A stretch of 64,000 nt of DNA from Chrysomallon squamiferum (Eukaryota; Animalia; Mollusca). Location: assembly GCA_012295275.1 (NCBI GenBank), contig CM022678.1, positions 3,534,001 through 3,598,000 on the forward strand. Reading direction: 5' to 3'. Shown piece after piece: positions 32,448 through 60,925 of this stretch (position 1 is the first letter of the stretch; every line of letters starts with the position of its first letter). The position numbers and the translations under genes are program-made. The notes under the pieces were generated by a model that made no database searches, was not told where the DNA came from, and saw nothing but the letters and a program-made list of their open reading frames with translations.

Positions 32448-35400
32448 GGACTGGTTGTGGTCATCTCTTAAATATGTGTGTGTGTGTGTGTGTGTGTGCA
32501 CACTGATTTGGTAAGAACAAAGACATGTTTTCATACAGATATTTTGTCAGCAGCCAAGACTGTAGCTAGATGTAAATTCACAGACAGGTGATTTTCTTTT
32601 CTTATGCATGTCTGTTACGTGTGCACACACTTGCTGTAAATTGAAGATGAAGAGACTGTTTTCAGGTTGACAGGTATGACAAAATAAGTAGAAAATGTTT
32701 GCAAGATAGTGTCTACTATAAGACAAAAATACTGTTTTGATGTCTGTAACAAAAGCAAAATGTTCAGAACATTTCAGCTGTATTGGAAGTGTCTGTTAGA
32801 TGAAAGTGTGTTATAACGTTTTCCTTGTTTTACGGTGACGAGTAAAATAAATGCCAATGATCAAATGAAGAGTAACTGGTTTTAGTTTCTGATCATCAGA
32901 GATGCTAGTATGAAATATTGTCCTGCATGGAAAAACAAATCTGAATCAGACAGTAAGAAAGAAGTCAACATTAGCAGAGAGTGACTCCTGGAAATGAGCT
33001 GTTTCTAAGCTGGGACTTCATGAACAAAGTTTTGTACGAATGAAGAAACGGTTTAGAAACTAGATGAAGTGTGTTCTTGAAAAATTTATTAAAGGCAGCA
33101 GAAAGTTCATTATTATATCTTGTGATTGTTGATCACAAATAGTAGAATTGCATCAGAAACACATGAAACATTCAGAAAGTGTACCGTGTATCCATACGAA
33201 ATTGTCATTATTTTTCAAACAGGATACTGGTACTGTACATCCGGGAATAAAAAAAAAAAAAAAAATCTTGTTAAAAAAAACAACGGAAGATTTTTCTAAA
33301 TATTCAGGAAATCTGCTGTAGCCCACGATTCATTTTACATCATTTCCCAGATTGAACTGGGACAGAGAGAAAAACAACACAGTAACGTTGTTTTGTTTTT
33401 TATAACAAATCCATGGTTGGATGTATTCACTGATGCCACAGAGGACAGTCGTGTACTAAACAGAATGGTTTTGAAATGGGGGAAATAACACAGACAAGAG
33501 ACAATGGATAAATACCCTTTTTATTTTTAAAAAAAAACACAAAAACATTTGTGGCATGTGAATATTCATTTTTGACATACTTTATGTGAAGGATCCATGT
33601 ACAATTTATTGGCAGAAGAATTTTTCACCTTTTTTTTCAATTTTTTTTTTTTTTGTATTTCTTGATATTTCCATGTACATTCATGTTGAATCATGTACTG
33701 CTTGTAAAACTAAAACTACAGCAACTACCAATGACTTGACAGCTGAAGGAATGGCTGATTTTATAACTTGAAAAAGGTTTTGACATTCTAACACTAAAGT
33801 CTGTATTGAGATGTTACGAGATACAACAAAAGGTGTTAGAGGTAATTAAAAAAAAAAAAAGTTTAAAAAGTATGTATGATAAAATTTAAGTCTGATTCTT
33901 TATACATTATTTTTGTTGTACATAGTGTATACTGATATATTTGAAGAAAAAAAAATAGTTTGTTCATAATGAAAGATTTAGAAAAAGAAAAAAAAGGAAA
34001 TCGGTTACATTTATACCTTGGTTACAAACAAATGAAGATAAACTCTTAACTTTAATTTCATTTCAATATGTAAAACTGCATTTGTGAGTATCTTCAGTGG
34101 TATTGTATAAAATTTAAAGGATAAAATAAAATAATAACTGAATGTGTTGTAGCAATTAAGTTCCACTTCACTTGTCATTATGTGTGTTTTTACATTTTTA
34201 TATTAACAAAATCTCCATAAATAACTTCAGATTTCTTACTGTTGGGATGCAGTATAATGTATTTTTGTTCTTACTGTTCTTTCTTTCAGACTTAATATAT
34301 TTTATTCCAGAACTGGTATAATTGTAAAATATTTTAAATATATTTGTGATGAAAATTATTCACCTAATTTTGTCAGGTTGGGAGGTTTCTTTACTCACTG
34401 GTTATTTTCTGTTCTGAATTTCTCTGACATGAAACAGCTACAAAACAGAAACCTTTCTCTTTTTACACTGGACACAGTGAAGTAGGTATTACCAGTAACT
34501 GAATTAATTCCAAGATGCTTCAAATTACTTCATTAAAAATAGATATTCTGAAAAACTGATGAATGCAAAGAGAGATCTTCGTATGTTGATAATGATAAAG
34601 GATTTATCTATTGGTTTATGGATACCAACAGTAATGTGTACTGAACCAGTAACATTCTGATTCAAATGTATCCTGAATATTAGAAGATATGGCTGGACTA
34701 CTGAAAAAATATTGCAAAGTTTTGTTTAATACAAGGGAATATTTATACGATTTCAAAAATTCAGTCCATTTTGATGACATACGGTAACAACATGAACTGT
34801 TGTTTTATAAAGGGGAGGTAACTTAGGTTTAAGGAAATACCTTGAACAATGACTATGTAATACAGTAGTTTATATCATGGGTTAAGATCGACATACCTTT
34901 TAGGAGACAGAAATACTTATAATTTTTCTTGAACCAGTTTTCATCAATTTGAATTTACGATATCAGGAATTGTTAAATATTTTGTATTAAAAACAAGATT
35001 TGGTACCATATTTGTGTAAAGTTAATTAAAATGCAAGAACTTGTATATTTCCAAAAAAACTGGTGAATTAAGAGTAAACAGATATTTATTACAATCACTT
35101 TAAATATTAAATTGGTTTAATTTAAAAGTCTGTTATTATTAGTGTTAGTGTTAAATACTGGAAGCAGAAAACGTTAAAAATATTTTTACATTTTCAGCAA
35201 GTCTTGAATATTAATGAAACGATAACATCTAAATTTTACAATTAACTCAGAATTTTTCGATTGTATTTTCATTTATTTATTTATTTATTAATTTATTTAT
35301 TACTTATTTATTTAAAAAAATTTGTAGTATTATTTAGTTATTTTTAAATTTATTGTGTGGGGGGGTTGTTGTTCTTTTCCAATTAATTGCCCAAATTAAC

Positions 35401-35788
35401 GAAGATGTGTATATTTAAAATTTATTTGGTTTTTTCACAGATGATTTGTCATTTGTTTGTCTGTGCTAGTCTAATGGTGAACGGGTTAATATTACAGATT
35501 TTTCCTTAATATATCAGAATTTAATACGGTTTTAATTCAGCTGTGTATATTTTTTTAATCAAATTAAATATTCTAGCTGCATCTGTTGTGTATAATCTTC
35601 AGATAGTCAACAACGTAAGCCATTAAAATATATCAGAAATTTATTTTTATTTTTGAAAATTATATCTAGTTATGCATCTGTACTTAACATAGAAATAACA
35701 TAGAGATGAAAGGAAGAAAGTAAAGGAATTAAAATAAGTACATTAAAAACAAACATTATGAAATTATAATTTTCCATCAATGTTTTCA

Positions 35789-35848
<60 letters not shown>

Positions 35849-36117
35849 TTTTTTGTGTTTTTGAATAGGGCATTGTTGATTTATTATTATTATTTTTTTT
35901 TAAATATTTTTGATTTGGTTTGATTTAGTTTTTTCTCCTGTTTTATTTCATACAGTACTTAGCGGAAATACTATGACAAGTTACAAAAATCTCTAAATTG
36001 TCACTTTGTTGTTATAATTTTTAAACAACATTGCACCTGTTATGTAACAAATCTATGTAACAAGCAATATTTGTAAAAATTGGGCTGCTCTGCCTTTATT
36101 TTTTAAAAATAGTGTGC

Positions 36118-36155
<38 letters not shown>

Positions 36156-36672
36156 CATATATGCACACACATTTCAGGCAGTTTGAAACTACAGATTTAT
36201 TGAGAGTTCTAATCCTATCACAAAAAAAGAAAACAAGAAAATTAATAAATTTGGACATCACATGTTCTACATATATATTTGATTATTATTTATACATGGA
36301 CATTTCCGAAGACGTTTGATTAATTGTATAAAAGTGAAACATGTTTACATATATATATTTTCAAACTGCTACTATACATGTATTACAAAACACCTGTAGC
36401 TTTTGTACATTCTGTATCATACAGATACAATTGATGTTTTATTTGTAGTCATTTTGTATTTCTTACAATTTCTGTAGTCCTTTGTCTTTTCCATTAAATA
36501 TCATACATTGTAAGGATATACATGCAGAATATCAATTGTAATATACACCATAACATTTTGCCAGTGCTAGCTAAATGGTATTTTTTGTTCTTTAATTATC
36601 ATAATTTTCATATCATTAAGTAATTTCTGAGTCATATGTCATTAGATTTGCATGCAGCAGTACACCAATTTG

Positions 36673-36711
<39 letters not shown>

Positions 36712-36941
36712 TTTTTTTTTTTTTTTTTTTAATATTTTTAAAAAGTGGAGTTAAAAACAATGAAAACATGAAATAGGTAGATAGAGATGATTATCCAATT
36801 TTTGATTGAGAATTAAATTTTATTTTTGAAATTACAAAATAAAAAATAAAATTAATCCTTTATCAGTGAAAATATGTTTTAAGATATATTAATTGTGTAT
36901 TCTGTGCTTTGTATATCAAGTTATTATTGTTATTATTATTG

Positions 36942-36993
<52 letters not shown>

Positions 36994-37381
36994 AATTCTT
37001 TTTATTCTGCTTTTTATTTATTTTTTTATTTATTTTTTTTATTTTTGGTTTAAATACATCATTATAAAATTTAGGAACAAAAGTAAATTTGGATTGAGGA
37101 TCATATATTAATATTAACATTTTGTTTGAAAAACAACAAAAAAGATCAGAATTTTATCATTTCTATTTTTATATCTTAAAATTATTTACTTTTTTTTTTC
37201 TTTCTTTTTTTTTTTGAATCTCTAGAATGAATGTTGAAATTTTACAATTTGTCATACTGAATTGTAAGTTATAAAAAAATCCTCAGTTTTGGAAAAGTAG
37301 GAACATTATACGTGACATTCATTTGTGATTTTTTTTTTCAAGAATTAGGTATTGTTACTTCAGTTGTTTTTTTTATAGAAA

Positions 37382-37412
<31 letters not shown>

Positions 37413-39264
37413 CCTCCATTTTATAATTTGAACATCAAGGTTAAAAAAAAAAAAAAAAATTGTACAAATGTATAGACATTGATTGCTGTTGTTTCTGTTG
37501 GAATAAACAGTTCAGAATCCAGAACTCTTTGTTGTTTTCTTAAGTAGGATGAATGAATGGAGAATTTGGCAGGATTTAACAAGTGGTTGTGTGTGTGCAT
37601 GTGCATGTGTGTGCTGTTGCAAGCCTTTCTTACAGGAAATCTGTTAATTCCAATAACAAATAATAAAATTAATATTAAATGGTACTAATGCTTGTCTGGT
37701 CATTGATTATAGGGAATGAATCATCTAGTATTTTATAGGGACTGGAGAGAAACTAGTCGGCTTAGTCTATGGTTGAGAATTCTTGCTTCACTAGAACTCT
37801 CCTCCGTTTTCAGAGGGTAATTTTCCCAATCCAGACATGTATTTGGGGCCCTTTTATGTGTATTTCTTTTGGAGAGGAGAAAACTGCATTTTTTTGTTGA
37901 TCTGATTAGTATTTGGTGGTGTTTAAGGAACGTGTTTTTTTCAGCATCTTTATTTTAAAAATACAACTTTACTGACATGTAACTGATCATTGTGATAATA
38001 CTTGCTAAAAATAATAAATATAATAAAATAAAACAAAACAATAAAAAAAAAAAAAAAAAAAAAAAAGTAACAATAAAAAATAAATAATACTGTTAATAAA
38101 ATCATTGAAAATAATCATAAACCAGCATCATTTGAATTCAAAACAAAAATAAAAAAATTAGAAACCCCAGTAAAATTGGCATTAAAAATGAATGAATGAA
38201 TAAATTAATTAATGATAAGCCAGCATCATTTGAATGTAACTTAAATAGAATAAAATAAAAACAGTTAAATTAGTATCAAATTTAAATAAATAAATGATAA
38301 ATAAATATTTTAGATAATTTTGATTCTTAAATTTGTTAATGATAAAATTAAAAAAAATAAAAATAAATAAAAAAAATAATTAAAAAAATTAAAATAAATA
38401 AAAATTAAAATTTAAACAAATTTGTCTTTCCCTCTGATTTAATGTTTAAATGATGTATTTGATTAATAGTCACGTTGCGTTAACCAGTTGAAACTTTTTA
38501 GATCAGGTTGACTACAGTATAACTGCACACAATCGAGAACCAGTTTATTTGTATAAAGAAGTTGATCGTAACAAAATTGTTGATTAGTCCAGATTCGATC
38601 CATGTGTATGTCTGTGTGTGAGTGTGTGTGTGTGATTGTGCTCGCTCGTAAAAATAAAAACATCGTTTTTACAGGGAAGCAGTTTAAATTAATTAAACCT
38701 AAATCATTAAAGAGGTATACACAAACACGGGAACTCTGATCAAGAACTGATTTGCTTCTAATTTGTGCTTCACAGTGAAATTGCATCTTTAAATAGTTAC
38801 ACCCTTCATATATGATAAACTCTGTAAACTAAATATAAATCTATGCAGTACTATAAGCACATTAATTAGATATTTAGTAAGTGCACCAAAAACAAATTTT
38901 TCATAGACACACGTACGTGTTCTTTTTTCTAGTGAAATGGCAACTAGGAGCTTCTCATATAATATCAAAATCATGGTCACTGAAAATGTTATTGAAATAT
39001 CAAATTGCGTAATGTATTTTTCACTTTAGCTTAATACCCTGTAAAATTATATAGAATGAAAAACATGAGATTACAAACTATGTAAGTGTAAAAAGCTTGA
39101 TGGTAAATTATTGTATTTGGTTTATTATTTATTTATTTATTTAAAAAAAAATAATAATATAAAAAATAAAAAATTAATCTTCTGGTTCGTTTTTTATTAT
39201 ATCAAATGGTCTGTAGGGAATAAAATAATCGTAACTCTTTCATAAATTATCTCCCTTGTACAAA

Positions 39265-52766
<13,502 letters not shown>

Positions 52767-54044
52767 AAAATGGAAGATAAATAGATTTTGAAAAATAAAA
52801 TTAATTTTCTTTTTTTCTGGAAGAGGAACCAAGAAAAAGAAGAAGGGAAAAAAAAAAAAAAAAAAAAGATAATTTGAAAATATTAAAACATTCTCAGTGA
52901 AAAAAAAAAAAATTACAAAAAAATTAAAATAAAGGTGCTGCTGAAACAAGGAAAATTAGAAAAAAAATATGAAGTTAAGAAAAAGAAAATGAACAAATGA
53001 TAAAAAAAAACCAGTTGTGATTTGAAAGACTTAATATTTCTTTTTGTACAGAAAACATCGGCCTATTCTAAAACAGCAGGGACACTTGTATATATAAAAC
53101 ACTCCATTTTTATATTGAAACATTTAAAAAAAAAATAATTATAAATAATATTTTTGTTACGTGACTGACCAGTTTTCTCCACAAGGTTAGGCTGAAAAAT
53201 AAATTTCTTCAAATTTTGTAGAGAAATTTATGATTTATGAAAAAAAAAAAAAAAAAGAGAAATAAAATGCAAGTATTGTTAGAATAATGTGTGTAACTGG
53301 TTAAATTAAATGGAATCTTCAGTCATGTTTCATACAGCTTTTGTTACTCATGTATTTTTATTATTTTCAAAAATAAAAATGTTGAGATAAAATAGTTTCT
53401 AGGTTTGTGGATATCTTCTAAATGGAACTAGTTTTATTTAAAATCACTTCTCAATTTTAAAAAAAAAGAAGGAAAAAAGAAATATATATATATATATATA
53501 GACACACAAACATTTAAATTAATATATGAAGCTTAACCCTGGTTTATAGACTTGCAATATACACACACACAGACACCAATGTAAGATGTAAGATAATACA
53601 CACACATTCCAAGTAACAATGTAAGATAATACACCATCCTGATAATATATATATATATATATATACCATCCACAACATACATAAACATACACACACACAT
53701 TCCACTAACAATGTACAGCACTCGTAACACATAAACAAATACACAGACACGAAGCTGAACTAAATTTTTGCTATTAAAAATGTTTTTATTTACATAGCAC
53801 AGTAACTCAGTTAACAAACATTTCAAACATCAATGAACATTTTAACTTGTGACAGCATTGGTCACATCTGCACATACAAAAAAAAATACAAAAACATTTA
53901 CACAATTTTTTTGTTTAGTCTCACACACATGCGTGATGTTATTTACCTATCAAAAGATGACACAAATTTGTTAAAAAAAACACACTTGTTAAATGGAAAC
54001 TACAATGAATTCACATCTCAACACACTACAGATGTGAGTAATGG

Positions 54045-54076
<32 letters not shown>

Positions 54077-55897
54077 GCAAAATAAAAAGTTCATTAATTT
54101 AATTTCATAAAGAATGTTTTAATAAACAAAACAAAAAAACAAAAAGCTGAGTATTTCAAACTGAAATTCATGAAGATTTTCTAATCTAATTTAATGCTTT
54201 TAGTAAATTTGGTGTAGTGCTGCATTTACTGAAAATGTAACAGTAAATCTGATTGGCTACATTCATTAAGTAAAAAGATATTTAATTGGTAAAAAGGACA
54301 TGGTGAAATGAAACTGAAAGGAGTAACTATGATAATGTGCTAAATTTTTATTTTTTATTTCATAAATTCAAGTGCTAATGTACATATGATAGTAAAAAAA
54401 TAATAATAAAAAAAAATAATAATAATATTGACAAGACGTGAAGAGAAACCTGTATGCAAAAATGAAATATATACATCATGAAAAAAGTAAATGCAATCAT
54501 GTGTGAAGTTTTAAAAATTTCTCAGATTTACTGTACACAAGAACTTGACAAAATAAAACCTGTCATATTTTCCACACTCTTAAAGTGAAAAAAATGTCTC
54601 ATAAAGTGATAACTATTTCAACTCATCATCCAGGAACAGTCACAAAAATAATTCATCTTAGCAAAAACTGATAGCTTGAATTATTATTTTGTTGTTCTGC
54701 AAACATTTCTAAAGTATTACATTCAAAATGAAAAATTCATGTTGCACCAATCTAAAATTCTGACATTTTTAAAATGAAACTGTTATCTTTACTGGTTTTT
54801 TTTTTTAAATGTGAAATAAATATAAACTATTTTATGAAAATGATAAATTCCCAAGTTTTATCATTTCTTTTCATATTTAAAAAAAAAAAAAAATAAAAAA
54901 TAAAATAAACCTTATCTTATATTTCTTTCTGTATTAAAATATTCTTATTTTAATTAGCAAACTGAAGACTTGCAAATTTTATGGTATTAATCTATTTTTA
55001 TACTTGATACATACTTTAGTCTACTTTACCCCATTTTTGAACCTAATACACTCAAAACTGACCCACTAATTTTACTCCTAGCAATGGTTTCCTGTCTATC
55101 AAAGAAACAAACACTAAATGCAAAACTCTCTAACACAGATCAATGACTAAAAATAACAAAATGACAAAAATATTCAACGAAAATCTAAAAAAAAAAGTTT
55201 GTCTGTCAGTTTTGTGTTGTTTGTTAACACTGAATACTTGAGATATTTTTCTCAAATTTTTTTATTTATTATTGAAATAATTTTAAATATTAAAAAAAGA
55301 AAAATAACTGTTCTGTTCTTCCATCTCGTAATTATTTTTTTTTAAATTTGATCATTTATTCAGTATAACAATAACATTCAGTGTTATGCTGTTGGATTCG
55401 AAAGAAAAGTTGTTTAATTTTATTTTTTTAATATGTTAATCTTTCAGCATCCATGATTAGGTGTTTATTTATTTTGTTAATTTATTTACATAAAAAGTGG
55501 ATTATAAGATTCCATTCATAAAACTGCTTTTTGATGAACATCAACATCATTTTTGACTGATTAATTTATTCAACTGCTCTGGTATTTTTTTTTTTTTTTT
55601 AAATTTAATTTAATTTTTTTTTTATGGTAGCAAAAAGTCCTATCAGCATGGGCAATTAAAATTTTCTCTTTATGAAAGAGTATATCAAAACTGTTTTCAT
55701 TCATGAAACTTCTGACATTCATATGGGTTATTTTTTTTTTTAACAATTTTGATTAGTTATTTATTTACAATTTTATTAAAATATTCCTGTTATTTTATTC
55801 ACTGTTTTAAGAATATCTGCTTCCAAGACCATCTTTAAACGTTCAATATTCAGAGGTAACAGAATGATGTCAGTACATGGATTTTTGTTTTTGTTTT

Positions 55898-56141
55898 TTA
55901 GAAGTCGAAGTCTTCAGGGGCATCCAGATCTCGATAGTCTATCACTGGACGCTGGTCTGAACGTCTGAAATTAAAATAAAATAAAGAAAATTTAGATAAA
56001 CATTACTACAATGTGTCATTTATTCCTTTATTTTTGAACACAGTAAAACAACAGCAGCAGCAGCAACAACATTAATAATAAAAATTAATAAAATAAATAA
56101 ATAATAATAACATTTCTAATAAATGCATTACTAAAGAAACT

Positions 56142-56175
<34 letters not shown>

Positions 56176-58354
56176 CAACAACAACAACAACATCATCAAC
56201 AGTTATAATTAAAACAAAAATAAAATGAAAACTACAATTTAAACAATATTAAAAAATTACTGCAACACAAATATTCTCATTAATAATTAAAAATTAAATA
56301 CATTTTTAAAAGCTCACACTGGGTAAGTGTTTGTACAGACAGACAGACAGACAGACAGACAGGCAGACAGACAGTGAATAAAAGGCTAAACTACTGTAAT
56401 TTCAGCTGTTAAGAAAATCAAGAAAATTAAGTACACTGACGAAACATTATTTTTATTATTTTTGTTTTGAACTTTTTGGTTTTTAAAACATTAGAAGCAA
56501 AAAAAGTAAGATGCTATTTCAATTGTGCAGAAAAGATAAAACAAAATTTAAAAAGCTGTTAACCACTAAAAACCAAAAATTAAGCAAAAAAAACAACACT
56601 TCTACAGAAATATGGGAAAACGTTAACTACAAAGATGGTGGTGGTGATGATGATGATGATGATAATTTTGACTAAGAAATTCTGGGTTAAGCCTGAACTC
56701 ATTTTGTAAATTTTCATACAAGACTTGTTTGTGGATGCAGACATCTTGTTCACTGTATTTGAAAAAAAAAAAAAAAGAGAACCAGGCACTATGACTGGCC
56801 AAACATTACTGCCAGTTAATTTCATCTCAATTCTCAACTTTCGGGGTTCTACAAGGTGGGAGTATTTATGAAATTTAACTGGGTATGGGTGTGTGGGTGG
56901 GTGTGGGTGTAAAAAATGACACAACCAACAACACTGAAATACTCTGGTACAAGATCTCGCTAAAATTATTAAAAAAAAACACACAAAAATTCTCTCTCTC
57001 TTTCTTTCTGTTTGTTGCATGTGTGTGTATGTGTGTGTGTGTTCTGCTACGTGAATTCAGAGGTTTAAGAAGAACACTGTGAGATGGGTGACTGTTAGTT
57101 AGCTCCTAACCTGACTGGTGTAGGTCTGCCTGCTGCCAGCTGTCTGTCAGTTCTGTAAGCCAAACACCTGACGTCAGTGTCATTCACATCATTGGCAAAC
57201 AGAAACTTAATTTAATCTCGAATCAGTGCAAAAACTAAACAACACTTGCTGACCCTCAAGTTCACTACTCACCTCGAACTTCCAGGAGTCAAATATTGAA
57301 ATAAAATCACAAAAAATTGAACTGTTTTTTTCCCACATTAAACCTTACTTCAAGTTTACTATTAAGTTATTCTTGTCCTACCAAACAATCACACCAATTT
57401 TCATCATGGTAACCATAACAATTCTCACCTAACAAACTTCACCCAACTTAGACTGAACCTTTCTACTGAATGTCTCTCTATAGTTTTAACATTAATTATT
57501 ATAGTACTTAATGTATTGTGTATCTGTTATGTGTCCTAAATTTTAGTATTTTTGGTAAGGTTAAAGTTTACATTCGTGATTTTCCAGTTTTTCCCAGACT
57601 GGTGATCACAATGTGGTCTGTGAAATCAAGGGTCAACAGCATCTGCAAACACATTTTCTGCATAAAATATTTTATTTTGTACTTGAATCACTGGATATTA
57701 ACAACATGTGGGTCCAAATACATGTTACCCTCATTCACAAAAAAAAAAAAATTGTGAAGATTTTAAATAATACAGTTTTTATTTTTTATTTCATTAAAAA
57801 AAAAAAAAAAAAAAAAAAAAGGAACAAAGCACAAGCTATTTTAAATTTACAAACATTTACCTGTTTCGAAACGGTCTCCTAAAACTGTCGCCACGGAAAC
57901 CGCCGTCTCGAAAGCCTGGCCCAAACTGCGGAGGCCCATTTCCTAAAACAAATAAATTAATTTATTACTTTTTTAATAAAAAAATGTTTATAATAAAATC
58001 AAATAATAATAATAATAATAAAAATAAAAAACAAAATAAAAATAAAAATAAAATAAAATAAAATAATATAAATAATATAATCATCTAATCATTTAATTAA
58101 GAGAACTATTTAATTCAGTTCGATTTTTTTATATTTTTTGTCCCTAATTGATAATCCTGTTTTGTTGTTGTTTTCCCACCCACCTCGGTACATCATGGGG
58201 GGCATGGGCATCATCTGCTGGTGTGGCGCCTGGAAGCCCTGGTACTGCCCCTTGCTGTCCTGCTGCTTGTTAGCCGGGTGCTCCGGCAGACTCGGCCGCT
58301 TCGGATCCAGCAAGTAGTTGTTGAAGTACTCAACCTGGGCGAGATAAATAAATA

Positions 58355-58393
<39 letters not shown>

Positions 58394-58822
58394 AAATAAA
58401 TAAATAAATAAATGAATAAATAAACAAATAAATAAATAAATGAATGAATGAAAAAATAAATAAATAAATAAACGAACGAATGAACGAACGAATGAACGAA
58501 TGAATGAACAAATTAACAAACAAATGAACAAAACGAACTGAATGAATTAAATATGAATAAAATAAATAAAGTTGATTAATAACAAATGTTATTGGAAACA
58601 AAATGAAGAACGAATAAATGAATTTAAAAAAGAAATAACAAATAAATAAATAAATAAATAAATGAATAAAGGAAAAAAGTAATAAATAATAAAAGCTGCT
58701 GGTTTGTCTCAATACAGGTATCAAAATGAATGAATAATACATAAATAAAAAAAATAAAAAAATGAAAAATAAAATTAGAAAATAATTAATACTGTGATAA
58801 ATAATAATTGCAAAAGCCCCTC

Positions 58823-58865
<43 letters not shown>

Positions 58866-59560
58866 CTCCAATAATAATGATGACAAAATACCACTACTAC
58901 TACTAATAAAATAACATTAATAATAAACAAATATAATAATAATAATAATGACAAAATACCACTACTACTACTACTAAAACAACATTAATAACAAACACAT
59001 ATAATAACAACACTACTAATGTAAGAAATGACCAGTCTGTCAGTCTGTCTGTCTCACCTCTTTCTTGACCTCCTCTATTTTTTCCGAGTGTTTGTTGAGG
59101 ATGTGTTTGCGTACAAACTCCGGCCCCTTGAACTTCTTCCCACTGATCGGACACAACCACTTGTCCTTGGCCAGCTCCTGCGTGTTCGACTGTATGAACT
59201 TCTCCACCTCTGTGACAATGAGTTAAGGCAAACACAGCAACAGCTACACATCATAAAACAGTTAACGTCATCATGAGGCCATTATTAAAATACTAAATAA
59301 AACAACATTATACTTCTGTTACCATCACCACTGCTACTACTACTATCACTACTACTACTAGATTTTTGTTGCCTACTGATACTACTACTGCTACTACTGC
59401 TGTCATTTCTCCTTGTTAAATAATTAACTGAAGGAGGCACCTTGAGATCTTTGTTGCCTACTGATACTGCCACTACTACAATTATTATTACAAGTTTTAC
59501 AACTACTACTCCTTGTTAATGCTAATACTACTTCTACTGTTACTACTACTACTGCTACTG

Positions 59561-59597
<37 letters not shown>

Positions 59598-59747
59598 ACC
59601 ACTACTGTTACTACAACTGCTACTACTACTACTACTACTACTACTACTGCTGCTGCTGCTGTTACTACTACTGTTACTACTGCTACTACTACTACTACTA
59701 CTACTGCTATAGCTACTGCTACTACTGTTACTACAACAACTACTACA

Positions 59748-59792
<45 letters not shown>

Positions 59793-60410
59793 GCTACTAC
59801 TACTACAACTACTACTACTACTACTACTACTACTGCTACTACCACTAACTACTACTACTACAACTACAGCTACTACTACTGCTAATTAACTCAAGGATAT
59901 GCCTCAGGGTCCTTCTTGCCGAGCTGCTGGGCTTCGTCTTTGTCGATCTTTTCCTGTGGGTCAGTGTACTGCTTGATCTTACTCTCAAACGACTTGAGCC
60001 AGTCGTTAACTGCAAGACATCAACATGTACAGTACAACAAACAAACAAACAAACAAACAGTGTACTGCTTGATCTTACTCTCAAACGACTTGAGCCAGTT
60101 GTTAACTGCAAGACATCAACATGTACAGTACAACAAACAAACAAACAAACAAACAAACAAATAAATATCTAAAAAGTAAATAAATAAATATATAAAAAGT
60201 AAATAAATAGATAAATTAATAAATAAATATATAAAAAGTAAGTATGTAAATAAATAAACTAATAAATAAAAATATAAAAAGTAAATAAATAAATAGATAA
60301 ATTTCTAAATAAATATATAAAAAGTAAATAAATAAATAGATAAATTAATAAATAAATATGTAAAAAGTAAGTAAGTAAATAAATAAATTAATAAATAAAA
60401 ATAAAAAAAG

Positions 60411-60441
<31 letters not shown>

Positions 60442-60819
60442 AGAAATAAAAGAAATCATAATCAGCAGAGTAGCTATTCAAGCGAAAGTAAGAACTCTAC
60501 CTGCAGCCTGGGTGATTTTGTTGGGCGGGGCCCCACGGGAGTGCATTATTCCACACCGGTGGGGCATCTCGTCCTCGTTGGGGTAGTCGTTGCAGCTGTA
60601 GTAGTCGACGGAGTGGACAACTCTGAGGTACAGGATCATTTTATCAAGAGCCTGAAGTTTAAACACAACTTTATTGTGTTAGAATTCTCAACGAAAATAG
60701 TTTTTTTTTTTAAATAATTGACTTCGAAAACCATAAAACGTTAATAATTTTATTAAATATAGCTATAATAAAAATAATATTAATAAACAAATAATAATAG
60801 TAATAATAATAATAATATC

Positions 60820-60883
<64 letters not shown>

Positions 60884-60891
60884 TCAATAAC

Positions 60892-60925
<34 letters not shown>

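Noticed and set aside
21561-32464. Antisense and alternative-frame ORFs within the USPL1 exons
   Set aside because: Expected shadows of long, GC-richer coding exons. Only the 3' half of 25647-25943 is real.
32448-39200. Hidden gene between USPL1 and XRCC5
   Set aside because: AT-rich with no exon chain; consistent with a long 3'UTR plus intergenic DNA.
57050-57195. Intronic box C/D snoRNA candidate on the - strand (ATGATGT...CTGA)
   Set aside because: Imperfect C box, and no terminal stem or recognisable rRNA guide.
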